64,000 bases of DNA, from the NCBI GenBank assembly GCA_965203905.1, contig CBDBDQ010000005.1, positions 7,072,001 to 7,136,000 of the forward strand. The letters run 5' to 3'. The position numbers and the translations under genes are program-made. Shown piece by piece: positions 10,494 through 19,888 of the stretch; the first letter of the stretch is position 1, and every line of letters begins with the position of its first letter. The stretch comes from Spirochaetia bacterium (GTDB lineage: Bacteria > Spirochaetota > Spirochaetia > SZUA-6 > Bin103). The notes beneath the pieces were generated by a model, which made no database searches, had not been told where the DNA came from, and saw only the letters and a program-made list of their open reading frames with translations.

Positions 10494-10631
10494 CGCGACG
10501 CAACAACGAATGCAGTAACGCGCGGGTAACGACCGACGAACTGCGCCGGCGCGCCGGCGGCGGTGGCGGAACCGTTCCACCGCCGCCCCGGCGCGGCCCG
10601 GACTCCGATCGACACTGCGGAACGACCACGT

Positions 10632-11240
10632 TCAGACTGGCGGGAAACGCCGGTCATCCTGCGGTGGGTCCTGTCGGGTACGCAGGACATCGGTGGTGTT
10701 TGCGATCGGTGCAGCCTCAATCGTGCGCAACCACGCGAGCACCGGCGTACAGGCGCTGCCCTGTCCCAGGCCGCGCTTGAGCAGGGGGAAGAACTGGCCG
10801 CCGGTGACGGCGGCGGCGAGGCCGGCGAGTCCCCGCTTCCCCCAGCGTCGGGTACACTCTTCAATGATTCCCGGCAGGGCCGGATCGTGCTCCGAAACGG
10901 CGCTGGCGTAGCGGGCCGCCAGACGCATTTCCGATGGCGCCTCCCCTTCCGAGTCGACCAGCAATCGCCGAATGTCCGGCAGCGGGACGCCGGCCTCGGC
11001 GGCCATGTTGATCGCCAGCTTCAGACACGAGCCGCAGTCGGCATACCGGGTGGCGACGATCTTGGCTGCGAAGTAGGGCGCCGGAGGCAGTCCGAAACGA
11101 TGGCGCGTGAACGAGGAAGCCAACACCAGCTTGAGCGCTCCGTTCCGGTCGGTGTCCACCAACTCCTGCAGGTAGCTGGCGTCGTAGCCGTATCGGGAGC
11201 CGAATCTTGCGAACGATCTCTTCAAGGTGCGGGCGATCAT
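10632..11240 (-). CDS. AhpD/carboxymuconolactone-decarboxylase-like protein
   Basis: YGYDASY and DCGSC (CxxC) followed by MAAEAGV. Confidence 0.6.
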   Translation of the reverse strand: MIARTLKRSFARFGSRYGYDASYLQELVDTDRNGALKLVLASSFTRHRFGLPPAPYFAAKIVATRYADCGSCLKLAINMAAEAGVPLPDIRRLLVDSEGEAPSEMRLAARYASAVSEHDPALPGIIEECTRRWGKRGLAGLAAAVTGGQFFPLLKRGLGQGSACTPVLAWLRTIEAAPIANTTDVLRTRQDPPQDDRRFPPV

Positions 11241-11336
11241 GACACACCTACCGGCGCGCAACAGTTACGTCCAGAGGCGGCCAGCTTGGGCGTCACGCAA
11301 TTCACTGCGGCGAACTGCGAGCCGCTACGTAAGGGG

Positions 11337-11978
11337 CTACAGCGTGAGCGCATGTACTTGCTCTCGGAAGTACCGGAAGCTCGGCGAGGCGTTTCGGGCC
11401 ACGTCGATGTGCGGAGCTATGTGTTCAGCCCACGAGGCCTTCTCTCTGCCTATCGCTTGCCACCCCTCGCGTGCCAAGGCCTCTGCGCCGCCACGGTACA
11501 GTGCGTCCGCAAGCCGTTCCCAGGTTCCGCATATGTCGTCGTTGCGGTAGCGCCTAAGCACACTTGTGTCGACACGGGGATAGGCGGCCACGACTGCGCA
11601 ATAATCGCCAAGCAACCAAGCCTCACCCTCCTCGACAGCAATGCAGAACCGTGTCTCGGGCCTCGGCTTGCACGTTGCCAGGATCTCCATCAGCTCGCGA
11701 CGAAACTCTCTCAGGCACCTACGGTCAAGGTCACATACCACAATCACGGCTGCCGGGTAGTTCACGACAGTCCGTCCGTATCCTCGTAGCAATCTCGCAA
11801 GCTGGTCGAGCAACAACCGTTTGCTCGGATCAGAATTGCTCCTGAGGTTGCGCGGAATGTGTCCGATTCCCCGGTCGGCGATAACTCTGAATGTGTGCCG
11901 CTCACCGATGATCTTTGGCATAAGAATATCGAGAGATCGCTTGCCAGACGCATCTTCGACCAGTACCTCAAAGTGCAT
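11337..11978 (-). CDS. DUF4276-like (TOPRIM-related) protein
   Basis: FEVLVED, VVCDLD, EEGEAWLLGD and NASPSF motifs; directly follows an ABC-type ATPase. Confidence 0.75.
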   Translation of the reverse strand: MHFEVLVEDASGKRSLDILMPKIIGERHTFRVIADRGIGHIPRNLRSNSDPSKRLLLDQLARLLRGYGRTVVNYPAAVIVVCDLDRRCLREFRRELMEILATCKPRPETRFCIAVEEGEAWLLGDYCAVVAAYPRVDTSVLRRYRNDDICGTWERLADALYRGGAEALAREGWQAIGREKASWAEHIAPHIDVARNASPSFRYFREQVHALTL

Positions 11979-11982
11979 GCCT

Positions 11983-13256
11983 TTACCTGGCGTCAAGATA
12001 GTCGCTGTACCAAAGATTTCCGAGCGGCAACCCCTCGGCCACCATATTGGTGACAATTGGATCATCGCTAGCCCGACGTGCCATCGACATCCCGTCGGCT
12101 CCCTTGTCCAGGATCCACACTTCCGCTGGCTCCAACGAGTTGACGAAGTATGGCTGGTGCGTGGTTACAAACACCTGCGAGCCACGTCTATGCGTCGCAG
12201 CATGTTCGCGGAACTCGGTCGCCAGAGTTTCCAGCAACTTGTGGTATAAGCCATTCTCCGGCTCCTCGATGCACAGGAACGGAGGAGGCGTCGGATCTTC
12301 GAGCAGCAAAAGATAGCAGAAGACCTTGAGCGTTCCGTCCGACATCTGCTGGGCGTAGAACGGATCCGTGAAACCTTGGTCGTTGAACCTGAGCAGAAGC
12401 CGGCCATCGCTGGTCCGCTCCGTTTCGATCTTGTCTACCCCCGGAATCTTGGATGTGATTCTGTCGAGCACCCGCCTGAATCGCTCTGGATGATCCCGTT
12501 CCATGAACTGGACGACGTTACCCAGATTGTCGCCGTGTACATTGAGGTGTTTCTGGGGACCGGCCAAGGGCAAGCTACGTGCAGCGTCGGGGCTGAAGTA
12601 GCTCAGGTACCATGCCTGTACAAAGCGTCGAAACTCGGCAATCCGCGGGTGCTGTTTCAATGCCCCAAGCGTTGCGATTCCCAGTTGACTTGAGTCCGTC
12701 AACTCCACCCACTCCCGATCCCAGGACTCCTCTTGGTGTTCCAGCGTTTCCAGGTAGTCCTGAAAATCGTCCGGCTCCTCGGCGACACCAGCATCCTGCT
12801 CTCCCTTCCATGCTATTCCTTCGCCATTATTGAGCCAGAGGAAGGTAAACGGACGTCCGTGTTTTTGGCCACGCCGCCGCTGGCGAAGCCGTTCGTATGT
12901 GACGCGCGGCCTCCCACTCAAGTCCTGCTCAATCTCGACCTCGTAAGTTATTGGACGATCCCGTTGACGTTCCCGATAGTACAACTCGAACTCGATTGGT
13001 CCGTGCGTTCCCTGTGTATGCAGACGTATGAATCCGCCTCGGCCACGCGCGTCACAAGCGTACTCGACGCCATCGCTGAGCGCATCAGCAAGGAACCCGA
13101 ATGCATCGAACAGCGCACTCTTGCCCACTCCGTTCTTGCCAATCACCGCCGAAATCGGCGTAAGCGGCGTGCGGTCCTGCTGATTCCACAGTCGACCAAG
13201 AGTCACTTCCTTCAGTACTTTGAAGTTTTTACCCTAAAGCCTTCGATCCTCGCCAT
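11983..13256 (-). CDS. AAA_21-type ABC ATPase, frameshifted near codon 10
   Basis: GKNGVGKS, MSDGT, IEEPENG and TTH motifs. The N-terminus MARIEGFRVK/NFKVLKE is split across two frames at the T5 run 13226-13230. Confidence 0.8.
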
Positions 13257-13612
13257 TACCATGTCCCCGCGCGTCATTCGTCAAACGCGATCTATTATAC
13301 CTGAGACTCCGGCTCACGGGCACCTACCGAGCCTGACTCGAATCAACCGTCATCGGCGTAGTGGCCGGACAGGTCGGAGCCATACGTCTCGACCAAGGGT
13401 TCCACAACGGACAAGGCGACTCACACTCGCCTACCTCGTGGCAGACCGGCACGCGACGCTCATGGGTGTAGTCCATCTGCCACTGTCGGGGTTCGTGCAC
13501 GTCTGGTCCGAAAATGGCAGCCACCGTGCACTGCCCCATGCGCCGTTCTCATGGTCCTCGGTGTCACGGAGTGACCGTGCTGGCTCTCAGAGAATCGACC
13601 TGGCGAGCAGTT

Positions 13613-13641
13613 TTGACGACCCCTCCCTCGTAGGGTATGCT
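13613..13641 (+). promoter_or_regulatory. Sigma70-type promoter
   Basis: TTGACG-N17-TATGCT upstream of the gene at 13687. Confidence 0.6.
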
Positions 13642-13686
13642 GTCCCGCATCACGGGGGGCGCAGAGTTGCCCAGCGGAGGTAAGCG

Positions 13687-14979
13687 ATGGCCGATTCACC
13701 AGGCAGGATCAAGCGCGGCCCGTTGTCCGGCAAGAGCGTCGGACTGCTGGCGGGACCGGAGTTCAGCGACTTTCAGGCGTACTATCTCAACCTTTACCTG
13801 AGCGAGCTTGGCGCGCGGGTCACCAATCTGGTGATCGGCTGGCCGGAGGTGGGGTGGAAGATGACCCGCCCGGCTACCTCGGACACGGTGCAGGGCACCT
13901 TCGGGCTGCGCCTCGACCCGATCCCGACGATGGCCCCCGGCGACCGCTACACCTCACGCGTGTTCCGCAGCCAGGCGGAGCTCACCCCGGCCGCCGCCGA
14001 GGAGCTGGACGCGCTGATCGTGCTCGGCGGCCACTCCGCCGACGTGCTGCGCGTCGACCCCGCGGTGACCGGCTTCGTGTCCGCGGCCTGGAACGACGGG
14101 GTGCTGGTCGGCGCCCTGGAGTGCGGCCAGATGGTGCTGATGAGCGCCGGCGTGGTCTCCGGCCAGCGCGTCACCGGCTACCGCGTCGTGCGGCCGTTCC
14201 TGTCCCGTCTCGGCAGCTTCGTGGATCAGCCGGTGGTGGTCGACGGCAACCTGATCACCGCCCGCGACAGCGACGCCACGCCCGAGTTCCTGCGCGCCCT
14301 GGCGCGCTGGTTCCAGCCCGACTGGGAGGACCCCACGGCGGACCTGCTGGACGGCAAGCGCATCCTGATCATCGCCGGGCAGGACTTCGAGGACGTGGAG
14401 CTGTGCGTGCCGGCAATGGAGTTCGACCAGCGCGGCGCGCAGGTGGTCCTGGGCACCTTCCCCGCGCCGGTGGTGTCGCGTCCCCCGATGCGAGGACTGG
14501 ACGTGGTCATGGGCAACTTCGGCATGTCGGTGCCGTTCCAGGAGCTGGACGATACCCGCTATCCGGTGGCGCCGCTCGCCGACCTGAGCCTCGACGACTT
14601 CGACGCGGTGATGATTCCGGGCGCCTTCTGTCCCTGGAACTGTCTCGACGAGGGTTCGCCCGTGGAGCTGTGCCGGCGTGCGGCCGCGGCCGGCAAGGTG
14701 GTGGCGGCGATCTGCCACGGGCCCCTGGTGCTGGCCGCCGCCGACCTGGTGGACGGGCGCCGCATCGCCGGCTTCACCGCCTGCCGCGACGACGTGATCA
14801 CCATGGGCGCCCACTACGACTTCGGTTGGCCGGCGATGATCGACGGCAACATCGTCACCGGCCGCATCCCCGACGACGTCCCCGAGTTCATCGACGCCAT
14901 CACCGACGCCCTGTGCGGCACCTGTCTCCTGGAGGCCGCCACCCCGGCACCCGCGGAGGTTGCGAGCACTGCGCCGTGA
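13687..14979 (+). CDS. Tandem two-domain DJ-1/PfpI family protein
   Basis: Two repeats containing DALIVLGG/ALECG/VVDGNLITAR and FEDVE/IPGA/AICHG/DGNIVTGR. Confidence 0.85.
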   Translation: MADSPGRIKRGPLSGKSVGLLAGPEFSDFQAYYLNLYLSELGARVTNLVIGWPEVGWKMTRPATSDTVQGTFGLRLDPIPTMAPGDRYTSRVFRSQAELTPAAAEELDALIVLGGHSADVLRVDPAVTGFVSAAWNDGVLVGALECGQMVLMSAGVVSGQRVTGYRVVRPFLSRLGSFVDQPVVVDGNLITARDSDATPEFLRALARWFQPDWEDPTADLLDGKRILIIAGQDFEDVELCVPAMEFDQRGAQVVLGTFPAPVVSRPPMRGLDVVMGNFGMSVPFQELDDTRYPVAPLADLSLDDFDAVMIPGAFCPWNCLDEGSPVELCRRAAAAGKVVAAICHGPLVLAAADLVDGRRIAGFTACRDDVITMGAHYDFGWPAMIDGNIVTGRIPDDVPEFIDAITDALCGTCLLEAATPAPAEVASTAP

Positions 14980-14999
14980 ACACCTGCCTTGGAGCCGGA

Positions 15000-15344
15000 C
15001 TACAGACCGATGCGTTGGATCTCCTTGGCGACGAACGGAAATAGCTCCTCCACGATTTCCAGTATCCTGTGTTGGCGGTAATACTCAACGTGCCGGCGGC
15101 GTGTCTCGCACCAATCGAGGTCGTTCAGTCCCAAGCGGGTGATGGTAGCCGCGACGCTCTGCTTCCGGGATGCGTCCAGTGACGGGGCAGCGTATACACG
15201 GCACTCCACGATATCCATCACGAACCGGCGGCCGGGCGGACGAGGCGACGGTTGGCCAACCAGTTCCGCGATTGCCCATGACCCCGGCTTCCGGACCCTC
15301 TGGTCAAAGTGGTCCGGTTCCGGTCGTGGCGCAACTCGTACCAC
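15000..15344 (-). pseudogene. HNH-type nuclease partner of the ATPase, with its core deleted
   Basis: N-terminus PEPDHFDQRVRKPG and C-terminus ATITRLGLN...PFVAKEIQR are joined near 15222; the CAY..DH..N core is absent. Confidence 0.65.
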
Positions 15345-15346
15345 GA

Positions 15347-16659
15347 CTATTCGGTGGCTCGTTTCTTCTTCAGCAACTCCCGAAAGTGGCCCCATCCGGC
15401 AAGAAAGGGGTCGCAATCGGAAAGGACCCTGCCGAGTTCCCGGCCTACTTCTTCCACCTCTTCGAGCGAAGGTTGCTCGCCACTGAGAGCAACTCCCGGG
15501 CCCGCAGGACAACCCGCTCCGCCTCGATGCTGCCACGGTCGGTGAGCAGGTCGAACGCGTCGCTCGTGAGCCAGTGCCCGACCGCTCCTCGCCGTTCATA
15601 TGGCCTGCGTCTGAGCACCACTCCCGACTCGGTCTCCAGGTCAAGGTCGAACCAGGCGTCCCGCTCTTCATCGAACCAGACTTCGGCGGAGGACAGCACC
15701 AACGGGGAGTGAGTGGTGACTACCATTTGCACGGTGTCCGGTGTGCCCAGTTCTCGCATGGCGCCTGTAAGGCAGCTCAGAATCGATCGTTGCCAGCGGG
15801 GGTGCAGGTGGCTCTCCACCTCGTCTATCAGCAGCGCGACGCGATCGCACGGTAGTTCGCCGAGTTGTTCGGCAGCGAGCCGGTGTTCACGCCACGCCAA
15901 CGTGAGCATGTAGGCCAGCGCGACGACACGGCGGATCCCGGCGGAGGCGTGCAGGATGGAAATCGCTTCAGCGTAGCCGGTGCGGATGGTGGGGATGTCC
16001 CTGGGGTCGTCGATGGAGATGCGCGACAGACCGCCCGGCTGGACGCGGACACCCGTCCCATCGGACGCGAGCGTCTCGATCACCGCCTTCATGGTGGCGT
16101 GACTGTCATTCTGCGCGCTGATCCAGGCAGCCCAGTCGATGATCAGCCCGTTGCAGATCGGTACGCGCCGGCCGTTTTCCTGCACAAACGCGCCGTTCCA
16201 CACCTCGTCCTGAGTAAACACCTGCGCCGGACGGCGCTCGGAGAAGTCGGCGTCGCCACGGCGCCGCCAGTAATTCCGAGCCGGGTCCCAGTACGAGAAC
16301 GACCCATCCGTGTGAGCGTAGATCACCAAGCCCGGCAGCAACGGCCTTCCGGGGCCCCCCTTCCACGCTTGATCCCTTGCTACATACCGAGCCTCGTACT
16401 CGGCGCTGGTGCTCCTTCCGCGCGCTCGAAACCGGATGCTCGCATCCTCGCCGGCCGCCGCCGGTCGAGCCGCATACCCGGCGTTCACGTGCGGGTTCAC
16501 TTCCTGCGGCCATCTGCGCGTCAGCGCCCACCAGACCACGTCCAGCAGGAAGCTCTTGCCCAGTCCGTTGTCGCCGGTAATGACGTTGAGCCGCGGGGCG
16601 AGCTCCATATCCATCCCGAGCGCGGGACCGACGTTGCGGAGGCGCAGGTACTCAATCAT
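15347..16659 (-). pseudogene. AAA_21-type ABC ATPase (PtuA-like) with a C-terminal frameshift
   Basis: GDNGLGKS, ASAG, LIDEVESHLHP and TTHSP motifs. The given ORF stops at 15445, but after the CTCT at ~15487 another frame continues LSGEQPSLEEVEEVGRELGRVLSDCDPFLAGWGHF to a TAG at 15347. Confidence 0.7.
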
Positions 16660-17455
16660 GGCGCCAGTTCAGATTAGCAGAATGTGGGGATCGGGTATGC
16701 TGGCTCTCATGGTGAACGGCTACGAGGTTCTGGCCCAGCTCGCCGGTCTGAAGCAGCACCCTGAAGCCGTGGGATTCGACCTCGGCGCGTAGCCGGGCCG
16801 CGGTGCGATAGCGGCGGAACGGGTAGTACCATGACCCGTTGATGCAGATCGAGCCGTCGACCTGCTCCTTGCCGTCGTAAGGCTCGTAGTAGACGTCGGT
16901 GTCCGGGTCGAACAGGCTCGCCTTGTCGTAGCGGTCGAACACCCGGCTCGAGCGTCGATCGACCACCTGCCGGTCGCTGCGGTGCCGGGCGGCGGCGTAC
17001 ATGGCGCTGCTCACCAGGTAGTAGCCGCGCGGATCGAGCCGTGCCTTGACGGCACGGAACACCGCCTCCCGGTCCGCGTCGAGCACGATCCCCTGCAGGC
17101 AGTAGCTGTCTACGATCAGGTCGTAGGCCGGCCCGTGACGCGGAATCCGGGTAACGTCCATCACCTCGAAGCGCACCGCCTGGCCGCGCTCCGAGGCGAT
17201 GCACCGTGCCTCCGCTATGGCTTCCGGTATCACGTCGATGGCGTGGACATCGAATCCGCGTTCGGCCAGGTAGATCGCGCCAGGCCCGGTCCCGGTGCCC
17301 AGTTCCAGGACCCGCGGGCGGTCCCGCTGCAGGCGGAGCCGCGGAATCGCCTCTTCGAGAAACCCACGCGACGAGAAGTCTGCGTACTTGGCAGGAGCTC
17401 CCGTGCCCGCGACGCTTCGATAGCGCTCGATGTTCTCGCGCAGGTAGTTTCTCAT
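16652..17455 (-). CDS. Class I SAM-dependent methyltransferase
   Basis: VLELGTGTG, AIDV and YDLIVDSYCL motifs. Confidence 0.85.
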   Translation of the reverse strand: MRNYLRENIERYRSVAGTGAPAKYADFSSRGFLEEAIPRLRLQRDRPRVLELGTGTGPGAIYLAERGFDVHAIDVIPEAIAEARCIASERGQAVRFEVMDVTRIPRHGPAYDLIVDSYCLQGIVLDADREAVFRAVKARLDPRGYYLVSSAMYAAARHRSDRQVVDRRSSRVFDRYDKASLFDPDTDVYYEPYDGKEQVDGSICINGSWYYPFRRYRTAARLRAEVESHGFRVLLQTGELGQNLVAVHHESQHTRSPHSANLNWRHD

Positions 17456-17524
17456 CCTCGCAGGCTCCGCGCCGACCCTACCGGCGGCACCTCGGCTGCG
17501 CAACTCACGCGGACAAGTCGCCGA

Positions 17525-17552
17525 TTGACACTATTGGAAAAAAAATTATCTT
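17525..17552 (+). promoter_or_regulatory. Promoter with an A8 tract in the spacer; leaderless start
   Basis: TTGACA-N16-TATCTT ending 6 nt before the GTG at 17559; A8 at 17538-17545. Confidence 0.6.
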
Positions 17553-17558
17553 AATCTC

Positions 17559-19127
17559 GTGACCGCCCCCTGGTCCTTCTACGGACGCCGCGAGGAACTC
17601 GGCAGTCTCCTGGAAATCATGCGCCGGCCGCGCTGGTTCTTCGGGGCGATCCGTGGACGCCGCCGGATCGGCAAGACCGCGCTCATCCAACAGGCACTGA
17701 AGACCATCTCCGAAGATGGCCCGGCCGGCCAACCCGTCCTGCTGGTGCGCATCCCGGACAGCAGTCCCGCCGACTTTGCCTCGGTATTCCGGAGCGCGCT
17801 GGGGGAAGCAGGGCTGGCGCCGGACACCGGGACGGGAGAGCTGATCCGTGACTTGCCGCAAATAGCCACTACGGTGGGTTCGCTGTGCTCCCGTGGCGCG
17901 ATCGTGATCCTCGACGAGTTCCAGGTCTGCCATCGTGGCCCGCTGAGCGGTCTCCCCTCTCTGCTGCAGGCGCAGGTGGATCGGCTTCAGGACCGCGACG
18001 CAGCGGGCGGCCTGATCGTCCTCGGTTCCGTGCAGGCGGAGATGGAGGCGCTGCTGCACGACCGACGGGCACCGCTGTTCGGACGCGCGACGTTCGAGCT
18101 GACTCTCGGACCGTGGGATCTGGCCACCATCTTCGAGGTGTGCCGCGCACATGGCGCCGCCGACCCCGCCCGTTCCCTGACGCTGTACACCCTGTTCGGC
18201 GGCGTGCCCAAGTATTGGCGACACTACGCCGAAACCGACGGCCTGGATGCCATCGGGGAATGGGAACCGTGGGCGCAGCAGGTGTGCGAACGGCTGTTTC
18301 TGCGCAACGACTCGCCCTTGCGGGAGGAGGGAGACGGGTTGCTCGCTCGTGAACTGCGGCGCAACTACCTCGCCATTCTGAGGACGCTGGCCGAACGTCC
18401 AAGCTGTACCCACGCCGAGCTGAAGGATGCGTTGCCGGAACTCTCGCTGGGACCGTACCTGCACGCCGTGACCAGCGACCTGCGGCTGGTCGAGAGGAGA
18501 CTTCCGATCTTCGCGGGTGAGCGACAGCGCCGCGCGCGCTATACGATTTCCGACCCGTTCCTCTGCGCCTGGCTGCGCGTGATGCAACCCGCGAGTCAGG
18601 CCGCGCGCGTGTTGCCGTCGCAGCAGGTGGCGCTCCGGTTGCTGTCCCGGCTGCGCACGCTGGAGGGACATGCGTTCGAACGCATGGTGCGGGACGCCAC
18701 CGAGACGGCATCGCGCGCGGGCGCCGCGGACTTCCCGATCACCGATCGTGTTGCCGGCTACTGGAGCCGGTCCCGGCCGCAGCCCGGATCCGTGGAGATC
18801 GACCTCATTGCGTGGAACGAAGAAGACAGATGCGTGCGCTTCGGCTCGTGCAAGCGCAATCCCGAGCGCCACGATGCCGCGTCGCTGCGCGGATTTCGCG
18901 ACCATGTCAATCGTTTCCTCGCAACCGCTGTCGGCAAGCGCTTCACCGGTTGGCGCCACCAGTTCGCTCTGCTTTCGCCACGGTTCTCCGAGCAGCAGCG
19001 AGCCCGGCTGGAGGCGGAGGACTGGATCTGCCGCGACCTCGTCGACTTCCAACGCATGCTGCGCAGCGTTCAAAACGGTGCGGCCGGTGTGTTGCCCCCA
19101 TCCCCGAAGCTGAACGGTATGGAGTGA
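17559..19127 (+). CDS. ATPase (archaeal-ATPase/DUF234 type) with a C-terminal PD-(D/E)XK-like domain
   Basis: FYGRREEL, GRRRIGKT, ILDEFQ, GGVPKY and EIDLIA...GSCK motifs. Confidence 0.85.
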   Translation: MTAPWSFYGRREELGSLLEIMRRPRWFFGAIRGRRRIGKTALIQQALKTISEDGPAGQPVLLVRIPDSSPADFASVFRSALGEAGLAPDTGTGELIRDLPQIATTVGSLCSRGAIVILDEFQVCHRGPLSGLPSLLQAQVDRLQDRDAAGGLIVLGSVQAEMEALLHDRRAPLFGRATFELTLGPWDLATIFEVCRAHGAADPARSLTLYTLFGGVPKYWRHYAETDGLDAIGEWEPWAQQVCERLFLRNDSPLREEGDGLLARELRRNYLAILRTLAERPSCTHAELKDALPELSLGPYLHAVTSDLRLVERRLPIFAGERQRRARYTISDPFLCAWLRVMQPASQAARVLPSQQVALRLLSRLRTLEGHAFERMVRDATETASRAGAADFPITDRVAGYWSRSRPQPGSVEIDLIAWNEEDRCVRFGSCKRNPERHDAASLRGFRDHVNRFLATAVGKRFTGWRHQFALLSPRFSEQQRARLEAEDWICRDLVDFQRMLRSVQNGAAGVLPPSPKLNGME

Positions 19128-19888
19128 TGGAAACCGAGAGTCCTTCTCCTTTTATCATCGAAAACGGCAACTGGGGTGCGACCAGCCTGCGGGCGATTCG
19201 CGGCGTGCTCAACTCGGCGTCCGACGTTCTGCTGGCGGCCTTTGGAAAAAGGCCGGACGCGGCCATTCACGTGGCGCCCTGGCGCCGGGCCCCGCAAGTG
19301 TCGTACGACCTGCGCCCCTACCGGATGTGGCTCAGCGCGCGCGACACCTACTGGTGCCAGTACGTGTACCAGTTCGCGCACGAGCTGTGCCACGTCATGA
19401 CCCACTTCGACCGCTACCGGGACCACAGGCACCGCTGGTTCGCCGAGGCGCTGTGCGAACTGGCCTCTCTCTTCGTTCTCCAGCGCCTCGCGACGGTGTG
19501 GGCGGAGCATCCTCCGGACGGCGTTGCGGAAGCGGCAGCGTACGCACCCCACTTCGCCACCTACGCGGTGCAGGTCGCGGACCGGTACTCTTGCCCCAGC
19601 GATCTACCGCAATGGCTGGCGGACCACCTCCCGGAGATGGAAGCGGATCCCTACGTGCGGGCTCTCAACGGCGTGGTGGCCGTCAGCCTGCTGCAACGGT
19701 TCCTTGCCGCCCCCTCTCTGTGGCGCGACTGCAGCCGGCTGAACTGCTGGGATCCGTCCGCGAACCGGACCTTCGAGGATTACCTCGATGCCTGGGCTCA
19801 CGATCTCCGTCGCGCGGGCTCGACACCGCGCGTGCCGCTGCTGATCCAGGAATCGTTTTACCGTCCTACGGGCCAGCTCCCGATCTGA
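19127..19888 (+). CDS. Putative HExxH zinc metallopeptidase-like protein
   Basis: YQFAHELCH...WFAEALCE motif; TGATG-coupled to the upstream ATPase. Confidence 0.65.
   Translation: METESPSPFIIENGNWGATSLRAIRGVLNSASDVLLAAFGKRPDAAIHVAPWRRAPQVSYDLRPYRMWLSARDTYWCQYVYQFAHELCHVMTHFDRYRDHRHRWFAEALCELASLFVLQRLATVWAEHPPDGVAEAAAYAPHFATYAVQVADRYSCPSDLPQWLADHLPEMEADPYVRALNGVVAVSLLQRFLAAPSLWRDCSRLNCWDPSANRTFEDYLDAWAHDLRRAGSTPRVPLLIQESFYRPTGQLPI

Noticed and set aside
13300-13610. Possible gene remnant or ncRNA between the ATPase and DJ-1 genes
   Set aside because: No coherent frame, motif or convincing structure by eye.
15000-16659. Retron with PtuAB effectors
   Set aside because: No reverse transcriptase motif or msr-msd-like region was found in the window.
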